Positions 17,029 through 27,194 of a DNA stretch of 61,838 nucleotides are shown piece after piece (within the stretch, counting starts at the first letter, position 1; each line of letters starts with the position of its first letter). The stretch is from Candidatus Acidiferrales bacterium. Lineage in GTDB: Archaea > Halobacteriota > Bog-38 > Methanoflorentales > Methanoflorentaceae. Where the stretch lies: the NCBI GenBank assembly GCA_035624185.1, contig DASPRZ010000055.1, forward strand, positions 1 to 61,838. Reading direction: 5' to 3'. The notes beneath the pieces were generated by a model. The model ran no database searches, was not told the DNA's origin, and saw nothing but the letters and a program-made list of their open reading frames with translations. The position numbers and the translations under genes were made by a program.

Positions 17029-17838
17029 TTAATTAACGATCCCCCACTGTTTTTTCACATATCTTTCAGCCGCACCGACTACTCGATCGATGAGTAATCC
17101 CATAATGCCTATAAAGACGATGCCTACTAAGACTAGGTCAGTACGTAAATAGTTCCTGCTATCGACGATCAGGTAGCCGAGCCCAGAACGAACTCCCATC
17201 ATTTCACCCGCCACTAGGAATACCCAAGCCGAGCCGATGGCTACATGCAACCCCATGGTAATATGTGGGAATGCGGCGGGAATCACTACTTTGATCAGGA
17301 TGTCCCTCTTGCTTGAACCAAAGTTTTGGGCCACCTTCAGGTATACCGGATCCACATTGTGCACCGCTGATATCGTCGAGAGCAAGATGGGATAAAACGC
17401 GGCAAGGAATATGATGACTATTGCCGGCAGGTCGCCGATGCCGAACCACAAACCTATGAAAGGAAGCCAAGCGATCGGGGAGATGGGCCGTAAGACCTGT
17501 ACTAACGGATCCAGCGCGGTCCATACCCTGTTATACCATCCAAGAACCAGCCCTAAGGGAATCGCAATTAAAGCTGCTGTAAGGAATCCTGATAAAAATC
17601 GAAAAAGACTGGTTCCTAGGTCCGACCAGAGCGTGTATCCTAAAGATAATTCCAGGACACCATTAATCACTTGATGGGGGGACGGAAAAAGATAATCAGC
17701 ATAAAGGCCAGATGAGGCTACAAGTTGCCAGACCATCAGAAGAACTGCAAACGTGGCCATGGGGAGGAGGATCCTTTCAAGACGCCTCATTCGTTCCACC
17801 CCCACCCTTTTGATAAGCCCTGGAAACAAAGGAGTCAT
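17029..17838 (-). CDS. ABC transporter permease, NitT/TauT family
   Basis: Polytopic membrane protein. The likely true start is Met17 (17790), which gives a 14-nt overlap with the binding-protein gene. Confidence 0.85.
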   Translation of the reverse strand: MTPLFPGLIKRVGVERMRRLERILLPMATFAVLLMVWQLVASSGLYADYLFPSPHQVINGVLELSLGYTLWSDLGTSLFRFLSGFLTAALIAIPLGLVLGWYNRVWTALDPLVQVLRPISPIAWLPFIGLWFGIGDLPAIVIIFLAAFYPILLSTISAVHNVDPVYLKVAQNFGSSKRDILIKVVIPAAFPHITMGLHVAIGSAWVFLVAGEMMGVRSGLGYLIVDSRNYLRTDLVLVGIVFIGIMGLLIDRVVGAAERYVKKQWGIVN

Positions 17839-18778
17839 CCAATAACTTATCCATGCTTAACGGGGCTTTAATGAGCTTGAGCTCGACCATGTATTTTTGT
17901 AGCGTATCCAGATCTTCTCGCGTCGGCTTCAGGTCGGAGAACTTTATTCCCCACTCGAATGATTTTTCCCAGACCTTATCGTCCATTTTCATATACTGTT
18001 TGCCAATACCGATGGCTCCGGTACGATTATTATCGATGAATTGCCCTGCATGGACAATGCTATCGATGAATTCCTGCGTGGCATCGGGATATTTTTCTTT
18101 AAAGTCCTTATTCAGAACGTAGCCGCAGCAGCACTCATCTGGCAATACGTCCTGTCCCTTGAACAGTAACTTCCCATAGCCCCCGACCACCGCCTGAGCA
18201 CCAAAATTCTCAGCCACAATATAGCCCTTGATATCCCCATTGGCCAGAGCTGCTGGCATGTCAGGAGGCGGCATCTCGATCCACTGGACATCATCAAGGG
18301 TCATGCCACTATCTTTTAGGGCTTGGAACAGCAGTATATAGTGAACTGACATGCGGTCCGGAATCGCTACCCTCTTACCCTTTAGGTCTTTAATTGTGTT
18401 AATGTCGTTCGCGACCACCATGGCGTTGCCGTCACGATGGCTTAAAGCCATTACCTGAAGGTTCACCCCTTTTTCCATGCTCCCGATAGCGAGCGGAAGC
18501 AATATGGAAGCGCCTTGGATGTGGCCAGAGTTGAGGGCTTCCGACAGCTCGGGCCATGAGCTAAACCTGACCAACTCAAGGTTAAAATTTTTATATTTGC
18601 CTTGGTAAAGCTTGTCGGCCACAACCACGCCAAGCGAATGCGTTATAGGTAGATAGCCTACCTTCAAAGTCGGCTTTTCCGGGCTCTTACCAGCAAACAT
18701 ATCTTTATTCACTATGTATCCTGCTACTAAAGACGATAGAATGATCAAAACAGTTGTTAGTGTCAGTATTTTCTTCAT
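17777..18778 (-). CDS. ABC substrate-binding protein (NMT1/SsuA-like)
   Basis: N-terminal membrane anchor/signal MKKILTLTTVLIILSSLVAG followed by a soluble domain. Lies 13 nt downstream of cooS. Confidence 0.8.
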   Translation of the reverse strand: MKKILTLTTVLIILSSLVAGYIVNKDMFAGKSPEKPTLKVGYLPITHSLGVVVADKLYQGKYKNFNLELVRFSSWPELSEALNSGHIQGASILLPLAIGSMEKGVNLQVMALSHRDGNAMVVANDINTIKDLKGKRVAIPDRMSVHYILLFQALKDSGMTLDDVQWIEMPPPDMPAALANGDIKGYIVAENFGAQAVVGGYGKLLFKGQDVLPDECCCGYVLNKDFKEKYPDATQEFIDSIVHAGQFIDNNRTGAIGIGKQYMKMDDKVWEKSFEWGIKFSDLKPTREDLDTLQKYMVELKLIKAPLSMDKLLDDSFVSRAYQKGGGGTNEAS

Positions 18779-18791
18779 TGTTCATCCTCCC

Positions 18792-20762
18792 CTAGGTCCA
18801 CCCTAGTGCTTTGCGCTTCTGTCGTAAATGAGCCATGATTGTCTTTACGGCGATTTCTGGGTCCGTTCTAGTGTAAACTTTTGCCCCTACTTTTTCGTTC
18901 AGCCCGCTATCATTAAAGAAATCAATGATCGGATTTTTATCAGCACCCATCCATCTCAATTGCCCGGACTGGTCTTTCTGTTCAGGTAATATCACGGGAA
19001 GCGGTGCTGGAAATCCTATAAGGTTTGAAATGCCGTGGCACAGAAATGTCGCCCCCTGTCCCACGGACTTTTCATTTCCGGGTTCGGGGCCGACGAACAT
19101 AAATGGCATCTCTTTTAAAGACGATTTTGCGGCGCCGGCGATCTCGATGAAAAGGCGCAAGCTCCTGATATTGTCTACGCAGCTGCCGACTGCAAAAACG
19201 GGAGGTATTCCTAAGTCCTCGCAAATCTCTCGCAGGCCATGCGAAGCGAACTGGGAAAATTCGGGAGCACACAATCCTGCATTCAATAAAGCATGTGAGC
19301 AGCAGCCCGTAGTGGTGAGCAACACTCCTTCTTTGATCAATCCCGTGGCTATGTTGACATGGTTGCTTTCATATGACACCTTGGGAGTATTGCAGCCCAC
19401 GATAGTGGCAATACCAGTGATAGTGTCGTTCTTAAGCAGCCGCAACAATTTATATTTACCGCCGAATTTTTTCAAGATGCCTTCGATGCTCCAGCCTACC
19501 ATCGCCGACGTCACGTGCTTGGGAATGTACATTTTTGAGTGGTCACGCCTTGCGAACGCCTCGATGGCTTTTTTGACCACGAGCATTGCATCCCCGTTCA
19601 AGGTATCGAGCCTCTCGGGGTCGAACGGTATATGCACAGCCCCAGGTATACGGTTAGAATTGCAGGTCGTGATGACTTCAGTTCCAAAACAGTCAGCTAC
19701 GATCTTCATTCCGGGTATGACGCATTGCATATCCACGATGACCGCGTCCACGGCCCCGGTTCCTAAGACGAGCTCTTGGCCCATGATGTTAGTGACCGCT
19801 GGGATCCCATAACGGGCGAGTAGTTCAGTCCCTGTGCAGCACAGTCCGCCGATCACAATGCCTTTAGCTCCGTGATCCTTCAACAGCTGTTGGACCTCTG
19901 GAGTGATTATTTTTTCAATGATCTTCTCCGCCATTACCGGCGAGTGGCCGTGTATCAGGATGTTGACGTGATTCTCCTTCAGTATTCCGTAGTTTACGAT
20001 GGTAGTTTTAGGCTTTGGAACATCATACAAGATCTCGGTAGATAGGGACGCGGCGAAAAGAGTACCATAGCAGTAAGCGAGAGCAGATCTTAGCTCTTGT
20101 ATAGCCAAAGCGTTCCAATCAGAGCAGCCGCCTAGCGTTGTCATGTGGAGAGATTCCATCGTCTCATATGAAGCCGACCTTGGAAGTATCCCCAATTTTT
20201 TCCAAGCATTTTTGCGCTCCAGTGGAGCATATGCTTCCAGCATGCGCATAGGCTCGTCCGTCAAACGTCCAAGGTCCTCAAGCAGGACATGCGCGACATC
20301 TTTTGCCACTTCCTGAAAAGTCCTGTCTTTGGCGTTGATTTTTAATTTTTTCGCCAGCTCCATGATGCGTTTTTTACCCTTCAGCTCAATATCGGCTTTT
20401 CTATCCGAGGCGGCGATGACCGCCATAATGACCTCATGTGCATGCCTACCGTGTGCCGCCATGCCAGATGCTAGAGCACGCAATAGATTGGCAATGACAA
20501 TCGTCTCCATGTCCCTCCCGCAGATGCCTAGCTGGCTTTTCGGGCTTATACGGCACGGACCCCATTGGCACATCCGGCAGCAGCTTCCTCTGAGACCAAA
20601 GCCGCATTGAGGCTGCTGGGCCTCAAAGCGATCGAAAATCGTTTCCACTCCTTGTTCTTCTAGGTATCCTATGAGCTCTTTCGTCGCCGGATTAGGGGTC
20701 ATATTTTTAACATCCTCTTTTCCTGGTGCTAGAGCATTTATTGATGAATAAAAATACTTCAT
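18792..20762 (-). CDS. cooS: anaerobic Ni-dependent carbon-monoxide dehydrogenase catalytic subunit CooS
   Basis: N-terminal CGFGLRGSCCRMCQWGPCR cluster motif. Sequence contexts of all C-cluster ligands are present (HGH, CCTG, MQC, GCN, GCC, GSCVDN). Confidence 0.92.
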   Translation of the reverse strand: MKYFYSSINALAPGKEDVKNMTPNPATKELIGYLEEQGVETIFDRFEAQQPQCGFGLRGSCCRMCQWGPCRISPKSQLGICGRDMETIVIANLLRALASGMAAHGRHAHEVIMAVIAASDRKADIELKGKKRIMELAKKLKINAKDRTFQEVAKDVAHVLLEDLGRLTDEPMRMLEAYAPLERKNAWKKLGILPRSASYETMESLHMTTLGGCSDWNALAIQELRSALAYCYGTLFAASLSTEILYDVPKPKTTIVNYGILKENHVNILIHGHSPVMAEKIIEKIITPEVQQLLKDHGAKGIVIGGLCCTGTELLARYGIPAVTNIMGQELVLGTGAVDAVIVDMQCVIPGMKIVADCFGTEVITTCNSNRIPGAVHIPFDPERLDTLNGDAMLVVKKAIEAFARRDHSKMYIPKHVTSAMVGWSIEGILKKFGGKYKLLRLLKNDTITGIATIVGCNTPKVSYESNHVNIATGLIKEGVLLTTTGCCSHALLNAGLCAPEFSQFASHGLREICEDLGIPPVFAVGSCVDNIRSLRLFIEIAGAAKSSLKEMPFMFVGPEPGNEKSVGQGATFLCHGISNLIGFPAPLPVILPEQKDQSGQLRWMGADKNPIIDFFNDSGLNEKVGAKVYTRTDPEIAVKTIMAHLRQKRKALGWT

Positions 20763-21200
20763 TTTTGATAATTGTTAAATTAATTGTGCAGAAGTATTTA
20801 TTCTCGGTTCTTGACAAATTTTGCCATAGACTCTAGTGGATGTTGCATATTTTGGACCACGATGCTTTGTGCAGACGGTAGCGTTTGCCAGTTGGCACTC
20901 CGTGTGGAGCAAACAGCATGATCCCTTTGTCGTTGCGCCTACTTTCGGGACGCAAAAGAGCCCGTGGAAAATTTAATGAAAAGCGGTACCAAACGAAAGT
21001 GGATGTCGTGTTAGAAGCTCTTCAACAGCAAGTTTATGCATCGTTGCAGCTGTTGCAGCCTCATCGCCATCCCTCTCTGCCTGCACATGTGACGGCATCA
21101 GTCGTATTATGCTTAACATACGTTATGAACGCGCACATGATTGGTGTGATATTTCACGGATGCAGCGATGCGGGCGTGCCACCAGCACCTATTATCCTCT

Positions 21201-21773
21201 CTAAAGCATCTCCAGTGCCTCTTCTGCTGCTTCCCGAACAAATTTATCGTCATCCTTCAGCACCTTTTCGAGGACTGGTATCGCTCGTGAGTCACCTATT
21301 CTCCCGAGGGCGAGGGCTGCTTCATCTCGGACATTTGACGTGACGTCGAGCAACACCTCGCTAATTGGTTCGACTGCTTTTGGATCTCCTATCTTTCCCA
21401 AAGCGGTGACCACTTCTCTCGGCACAGCGCAGCGCTCTTCCCTGAGAATCTGGATGAGTGATAAAGCTGCCCGTGCATCTCCTATCTCACCAAGGGCATA
21501 CGCGACGGCCCATTCAACACGCTTGTCTTCATCTTTTAAAACCTGAATAAGTGGATCTACTGCTCGAGCGTCTCGTATCCTTCCAAGTGCTACTGCTGCT
21601 CGCTCTCGAACGCTCCACCTTTTATCTTTTAACGCAAGAATAAGGGCATCTACAGTAGACTCCCCGAGCTTTACAAGGGATTCAAGTGCTTCTTTTTGTG
21701 TTAACGGCTCTCTCTTTTCCCCTAGTGCCTCGATTAAACCGTATATATCTCGTCCATCTTTACTTGATTTCAT
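21201..21773 (-). CDS. HEAT/PBS-lyase-like repeat protein
   Basis: Five or six repeats of the type VRxxAAxALGxIGDxRAVxPLIxxLKD. Confidence 0.8.
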   Translation of the reverse strand: MKSSKDGRDIYGLIEALGEKREPLTQKEALESLVKLGESTVDALILALKDKRWSVRERAAVALGRIRDARAVDPLIQVLKDEDKRVEWAVAYALGEIGDARAALSLIQILREERCAVPREVVTALGKIGDPKAVEPISEVLLDVTSNVRDEAALALGRIGDSRAIPVLEKVLKDDDKFVREAAEEALEML

Positions 21774-22132
21774 CCTTCACCCTCCTTGCTGAACATGTTG
21801 CAGTGATCAATAAATAAAAACATTCCTCAAGATGCTTTGTTCTTGGTTCTGTGAATATTACTCTCGTCGGCTACAGGATTAGGCACCATATCGCATAACT
21901 CACCCTCTTCTTAGTGGGGGATCTTAAGTTTAAGATAGTGCTGAGGTACGAGCGCCGCATCTGCTGCCAGAGTCTAAGTGAGGGGTATGAGTTAGGATAA
22001 AGAGGGGACTAACAGCATTTATTTCAGTAGACTCATCACGATTAAAGGTACCCAGTCTCATGAGTGAGCGAGTGCACGAAAGATCAAAGGCCTGAGAGGG
22101 CGAAGATAAATATTGAAACATATAAGAATTTT

Positions 22133-22831
22133 GAGGATGTCAACTTAAGAGTATAATAGTGTGAACACTCTTCTGTTTGAGGTGAAAAAGACATGTTCAC
22201 ACAGTTAACAGAACTCCTTGAAGCTCATAACGTTTTCGTTCGGGAACGGAAGCCCACTTCACTCCGTGCCATGGGAATCGCGCTGCTGTACTTCGGTCTG
22301 TCGTGCCGGCAGACGGCAGAGGCACTCTCGTTCTCCGACGAGGCTTCCCATGAAGCGGTGCGGCAGTGGTACCATCGGGCTCAGAAGCTGCTCTGTGATC
22401 CGTCGAAGCGGTACAGGCCGACGATAGCGATCGACGAGACGAAGTTCAAGGTGGAAAAACGGTGGTACTTTCTCTGGGCGGTCGATACGGAGAGGAGAGA
22501 GCTGCTTTGCGTCGAAATCACGCCGACGAGGGGTGGTCACGATGCCTCCCGGTTTATACGACGGGTGCTGAAAACGTGCACGAACACGCCGACGGTGCTG
22601 GTGGACGGTGGCCCGTGGTATCCAAGGGCTTTAACACGACTGAGAGTACCGTGGGAATGGGTCACGTTCGGGAAACGGAACGTAGTGGAGCAATGGTTTA
22701 GCATCTTCAAACAGCGAGTGAAGCGGTTTTATCGGCGGTGGCCGCATAATGCGCGGGCGGAGACGGCGACATCGTGGTGTGAGGCATTTGTAGCACTGTA
22801 TAATCTCAAGAGGGCTTAAGTTGACATCCTC
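22133..22831 (+). mobile_element. IS6-family-like insertion sequence (699 bp)
   Basis: 17-bp perfect terminal inverted repeats GAGGATGTCAACTTAAG. 8-bp direct target duplication AGAATTTT (22125..22132 and 22832..22839). Single transposase ORF. Confidence 0.85.
22193..22819 (+). CDS. DDE transposase (IS6-like)
   Basis: 208 aa with IAIDETKFKV, VLVDGGPWY and VVEQWFSIFKQRVKRF. The stop codon lies inside the right IR. Confidence 0.85.
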   Translation: MFTQLTELLEAHNVFVRERKPTSLRAMGIALLYFGLSCRQTAEALSFSDEASHEAVRQWYHRAQKLLCDPSKRYRPTIAIDETKFKVEKRWYFLWAVDTERRELLCVEITPTRGGHDASRFIRRVLKTCTNTPTVLVDGGPWYPRALTRLRVPWEWVTFGKRNVVEQWFSIFKQRVKRFYRRWPHNARAETATSWCEAFVALYNLKRA

Positions 22832-22960
22832 AGAATTTTAGACCTTACTAGCGGGATGAAAACAGCGTATTTTTATCCACAAGTAAAAGCAAAGGTCTCG
22901 TAAATTAGCGTTTTCTAAACCGTATTGCCTGGGTACAGGCGTTCTCACGCATGACTCTCT
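22832..22960. repeat. ~130-bp dispersed repeat, copy a (interrupted at its left end by the IS)
   Basis: About 80% identical by eye to 26171..26295. Both begin AGAATTTTAGACCTTACTAG. Confidence 0.7.
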
Positions 22961-23489
22961 TAATAATTCGTGTTTTTAACGTGATAGTTTTTGTAGGAAA
23001 AAGTCGGGTTTGCGTAGGAAAAATGCCCCACCTTAAACTTAATGTATAAAGCTATTTATTTGAGAATTTGTTAAAAAAAGTCTAACTCAAAGACTGGAAC
23101 TAGTAATGGGTATAACAATGCGGAATTCTAGCCTGCAGTATCTTGCTCTAGCCCGCAGTGCATGTATTACCCCCCATGAAAATTTGCCAATTACTTTGGG
23201 CACTTGCACATGTGGCATTAGCTCCTCTAAACTTGCGAAAAACAGCGGTTCATAACGTGAAGTATCCTTGCAGTAATTATGCTGAGAGTGAGTTTAATGT
23301 CAAAGTGCAGCGTGAATGTTTTCCAGTATGACACGATTGAAAATTCACGCAATTCCCGTATATAGCGTAAATATCGGTGGTTTCCTTTGTGTCCACCTAT
23401 GAATGAATAAGTGTCGTGTCAGGCCTCCCCACATCTGTGCTCTCTTCCATTTTTGATATTTAAGCCAACTGTCTTGTTGTACCAGCTAT

Positions 23490-25571
23490 TTAAATCTTCA
23501 AAAACCGTGAATTGATCGCCACGATCACCGTGCTGACGGACATCAATATTGCACCAGCTGCGGGGGACAACAAGATGCCAGAGGGGTAGAGGATCCCGGC
23601 TGCCAGCGGGATAGCGAAAGTGTTATACCCCGTCGCCCACGAAAGGTTCTGCATCATCTTCCTGTACGTCGCACGGGAGAGCCCCACGATTGCCACCGCA
23701 TCGAGGGGATTGCTCCTTACGAGGATGATATCTCCCGTCTCCACCGCAACGTCGGTACCTGCACCAATGGCAATCCCGACGTCCGCCTGGGCCAAGGCCG
23801 GCGCATCATTCACTCCATCACCCGTCATGGCAACGACTAAGCCCCTCGACTGGACCTCTCTTACCTTCGCTACTTTTTCCTGCGGGAGCACTTCTGCGAG
23901 GTACTCATCAAGCCCGATTTCCTCTGCCACCCACTGTGCCACTTGACGGTTGTCGCCAGTGAGCATCATTGTGCGAATGCCCATCTCCTTAAGGGCGGCA
24001 ATCGCATGCTTCGACTCAGGCCTGATGATATCGGCAAGAGCGATTGCGCCAGCTACTGCGCCATTAACCATCACGAATACCACCGTTTTTCCCTGAGAAT
24101 AAAAGTGTTCAACGCGTTCGTCAGCAACGCCTAGGTTCTTCTCTTTCAGGTACCCGGGGCTTACTACCCACACCTCTGTGCCGTTTACCCTCCCCTTAAC
24201 TCCCTTTCCTGGAAGCGCCTTAAACGCCTCAACTTGAAGCGGCGTGCTGGCTGATGCCACCACTGCTTGTGCAATGGGATGTTCAGAATGACCCTCGACG
24301 GCTGCAGCATAGTTCAAGAGCGTTTGCGTATCTAGTGTTGGATCGTCAGTAAAAGTAATGACGTCAGTCACGCCAAACCGTCCCTTGGTAAGGGTGCCCG
24401 TCTTGTCAAAGATGATCGCTTGGATATTCCTCGCACGCTCGAAGGCGCAACGGTTCCGTATTAGCAGGCCATTTTGAGCCCCAAGCGCAGTCGAAACCGC
24501 AACGACTAATGGGATGGCAAGACCAAGGGCGTGAGGACACGCGATGACCATCACCGTCACCGCCCGCTCAAGGCCGAAGTCGACGCTTCGGTTGATGAGC
24601 ACTTGCCATATGAAAAATGTAATGCCCCCTCCTGCAAGGGCGATGATAACGAGCGCAAGAGCCGCTCGGTCTGCCAAATCCTGTGTCCGTGACTTGCTCT
24701 CTTGAGCCTTCTTCACAAGTTCGATCACCTGCGAAAGGAACGAATCTTTGCCCGTCTTTCTTATTGCAATCGTCACTGACCCGTCACCGTTGATCGCGCC
24801 ACCGATGACCATTGTGCCGGGCTTTTTAAACACGGGTTTCGACTCGCCAGTAAGCAAAGATTCATTCACTGAGGTTTCGCCCTCGACGACCTCACCGTCA
24901 GCAGGAACCTTCTCGCCTGGTTTTACTAGAACGCGATCTCCCTCCACCAGCGTGTCTATAGGGGTGTCCTGCACACTCCCATCAGGCATAAGCTTGTGAG
25001 CTTCTGACGGCATCAACCGTGCCAAATCTTCGAGCGCTCGTGATGCCCCCATGACCGAACGCATCTCAATCCAATGGCCTAAGAGCATGATGTCGATCAA
25101 CGTCGTGAGCTCCCAGAAAAGGACGCTACCACGCAATCCAAACACAATCGCAGTGCTATAGAGGTACGCGGTCGTGATTGCGACGGCGACAAGCGTCATC
25201 ATGCCCGGCAAACGTGCCTTGATCTCACTGACGATGCCCTTCAGGAACGGATATCCGCCGTAGAAATACACAAAAGAGGCTAACACAAAGAGCAGATATT
25301 GATCACCCGGGAAGCTAAGGACCGCGCTAATACCGACGAGCTCTTGAATCGACGGGGAGAGGATGATGATCGGGATAGTGATGATGAGAGATACCCAGAA
25401 GCGCCTCCTAAAGTCAGCGACGCTGTGGCCGAGATGGTGGGGTACTCCCCGCCATTCAGCAGGGGGATGAACGGGATGCTCATAGACATGCTCTTGTTCT
25501 GCAGCGTCATGAGATATGGGAGCGTGCATTTCATCGTAACCCTCGTCTCCTTCATGACCGTTGTGATTCAT
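23490..25571 (-). CDS. copB: P1B-3-type copper ATPase CopB (His-rich N-terminus, CPH motif)
   Basis: N-terminus MNHNGHEGDEGYDEMHAPISHD..., IACPHALGLAIP, DKTGTLT, GDGVNDAPAL. Confidence 0.92.
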   Translation of the reverse strand: MNHNGHEGDEGYDEMHAPISHDAAEQEHVYEHPVHPPAEWRGVPHHLGHSVADFRRRFWVSLIITIPIIILSPSIQELVGISAVLSFPGDQYLLFVLASFVYFYGGYPFLKGIVSEIKARLPGMMTLVAVAITTAYLYSTAIVFGLRGSVLFWELTTLIDIMLLGHWIEMRSVMGASRALEDLARLMPSEAHKLMPDGSVQDTPIDTLVEGDRVLVKPGEKVPADGEVVEGETSVNESLLTGESKPVFKKPGTMVIGGAINGDGSVTIAIRKTGKDSFLSQVIELVKKAQESKSRTQDLADRAALALVIIALAGGGITFFIWQVLINRSVDFGLERAVTVMVIACPHALGLAIPLVVAVSTALGAQNGLLIRNRCAFERARNIQAIIFDKTGTLTKGRFGVTDVITFTDDPTLDTQTLLNYAAAVEGHSEHPIAQAVVASASTPLQVEAFKALPGKGVKGRVNGTEVWVVSPGYLKEKNLGVADERVEHFYSQGKTVVFVMVNGAVAGAIALADIIRPESKHAIAALKEMGIRTMMLTGDNRQVAQWVAEEIGLDEYLAEVLPQEKVAKVREVQSRGLVVAMTGDGVNDAPALAQADVGIAIGAGTDVAVETGDIILVRSNPLDAVAIVGLSRATYRKMMQNLSWATGYNTFAIPLAAGILYPSGILLSPAAGAILMSVSTVIVAINSRFLKI

Positions 25572-25989
25572 ATCTCCTCCACATAGTCATCGTTTGTGTC
25601 TACTCAATACAGCACAAACTCTTATGACAAAGTTTTCCCTGTTTTGTAGGGCCACCCTTCTCTTTGGCTGTATATGGCGTTTCGTGATGCTTTGTCTCTT
25701 TGGTATTTGTGATTGTGAAAGGGTCAACATGATCAAATCGGGATAGATATTCGGAAGGATACAACTTGTCCTCGGGCGCAACAACCTCAATATGACTTCG
25801 ACTTACTTAAGATTTAAAGAAGTTAATCTGTTACAAATCTATACTTAAATTGAAACTCCAATTTATAATGAGGTTATCGCGACTGCAAAAAGAGGTAGAA
25901 AAAGGAGATTTCTAGGCTCGGATCTATGTACTCGTGTTGTACGTCACACAGGTTGAGTTAGCTCGAAGGCAACAGGCGCATTTTTCTAG

Positions 25990-26165
25990 AGCTTATCACA
26001 ATCAAATTATTTTTAAATCTTTAAAAAATACAAACTGATTGCTGCTCTCCATACGCACAGACAACAATATTGGCCCAGCTGCCCGGGTTAACAGTATAAT
26101 CTACTGGTAGAGGATCTCGGCGGTGGACCGGAAAGCGTAGGTGTTGCACCCTGTCGCAAACTAGA
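25990..26165 (-). pseudogene. remnant of a copB-like 3' end
   Basis: 26050..26160 aligns with 23521..23640, and the downstream flank aligns with 23461..23520. Confidence 0.55.
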
Positions 26166-26170
26166 CTATA

Positions 26171-26295
26171 AGAATTTTAGACCTTACTAGAGGAATGAAA
26201 GCAGGAATTTGCCTACGAGTAAAATAACAGCCTCGTAAATTAGCGTTTTCTAAGCCTTATTGGCTAAATACAGGCGTTCTTACGCAGGATCCTCT
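26171..26295. repeat. ~130-bp dispersed repeat, copy b (uninterrupted; carries the empty IS target AGAATTTT)
   Basis: See 22832..22960. Confidence 0.7.
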
Positions 26296-26333
26296 TGAGG
26301 TACTAGTAACTACAGGTGTGCTCCTAAAACACC

Positions 26334-27194
26334 TTACACAAGAGGGCGTGGCTGCTCATCATCAGGCACAACAGGGAGGTCTGTTGTATTTATCAGAATC
26401 GGGCTCGAAACCTCTTTTGCTCTTTCCAGCAAAAGTTCTTTTCCTCTCTGAGTCATTGCAAAAAGTGGCACCGCGGTACCCACTTGCGCTAGCGCCTTGC
26501 CTTTTACAGCCACTCGTATGCTAAGTGAGGCGCAGCCAGTGGTGATATCAACAACATCTACAAACTTGGCTGCCGCATCTTTGTCTATCCCTGTCATATG
26601 CACGCCGATAATGGTTACCTCTGTGTTGGTGTTTGCTTCAACTTCACGACATTTTGTCGCGTCCTCAACAGTAGTTACAGTAACAGCGACTCTCTTATTT
26701 CCTAGTTCAACAGCCTTAATAACCCCGAGAGGTTGGTTTATAAGTGCTTGTTTACTGTCAAGGGTCACCCCTCCTTTGTCTTCGACTCGTTTTACTAGGT
26801 TCGGGATTACTGTGGTCTCTATCACTCCTGAAATTCTGGCTCCAATTCCTTGAGCTAAAGCTGGATTCGACGTAATAACGGTTCCTACACCTTCACACAC
26901 AGTAACGCTGGCATCTAGCATACCCCGCCGTAGTCCACTCATCATCACCTCAGAAGCACCAAACCCGACAAAGACTTGCATTTCAATCGATCTGTCTTCT
27001 GTGCACATTCCAAAATCTTTAATTCTGAATTCAATATTCTTTCTTATTGATTCAGGCGTTATTTCGCTAATTCCTCTGGCCTTCGCGAATATAGGGCACC
27101 AGTTGATTAGAGGCTCACCAACTTCTACAACGTTACCATCTTCGATTACTATGTAAGTCTTTCCAAGGGCCTCTACCACATGTTTTTCTGTCAT
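26334..27194 (-). CDS. conserved archaeal Cys-containing protein of unknown function (possibly DUF2099/methanogenesis-marker-8-like; from memory, unverified)
   Basis: 286-aa ORF with coherent composition and no strong competing ORF. The family assignment is uncertain. Confidence 0.6.
   Translation of the reverse strand: MTEKHVVEALGKTYIVIEDGNVVEVGEPLINWCPIFAKARGISEITPESIRKNIEFRIKDFGMCTEDRSIEMQVFVGFGASEVMMSGLRRGMLDASVTVCEGVGTVITSNPALAQGIGARISGVIETTVIPNLVKRVEDKGGVTLDSKQALINQPLGVIKAVELGNKRVAVTVTTVEDATKCREVEANTNTEVTIIGVHMTGIDKDAAAKFVDVVDITTGCASLSIRVAVKGKALAQVGTAVPLFAMTQRGKELLLERAKEVSSPILINTTDLPVVPDDEQPRPLV

Noticed and set aside
20850-21200. Decayed DUF1858-like (hybrid-cluster/CODH-associated redox disulfide) mini-gene upstream of cooS on the minus strand (MHKLAVEELLTRHPLSFGTAFH*...), and the track ORF 20885..21343.
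   Set aside because: The similarity is limited to a loose N-terminal pattern. The CxxC centre is absent and stops intervene. The plus-strand ORF overlaps the HEAT gene and looks spurious.
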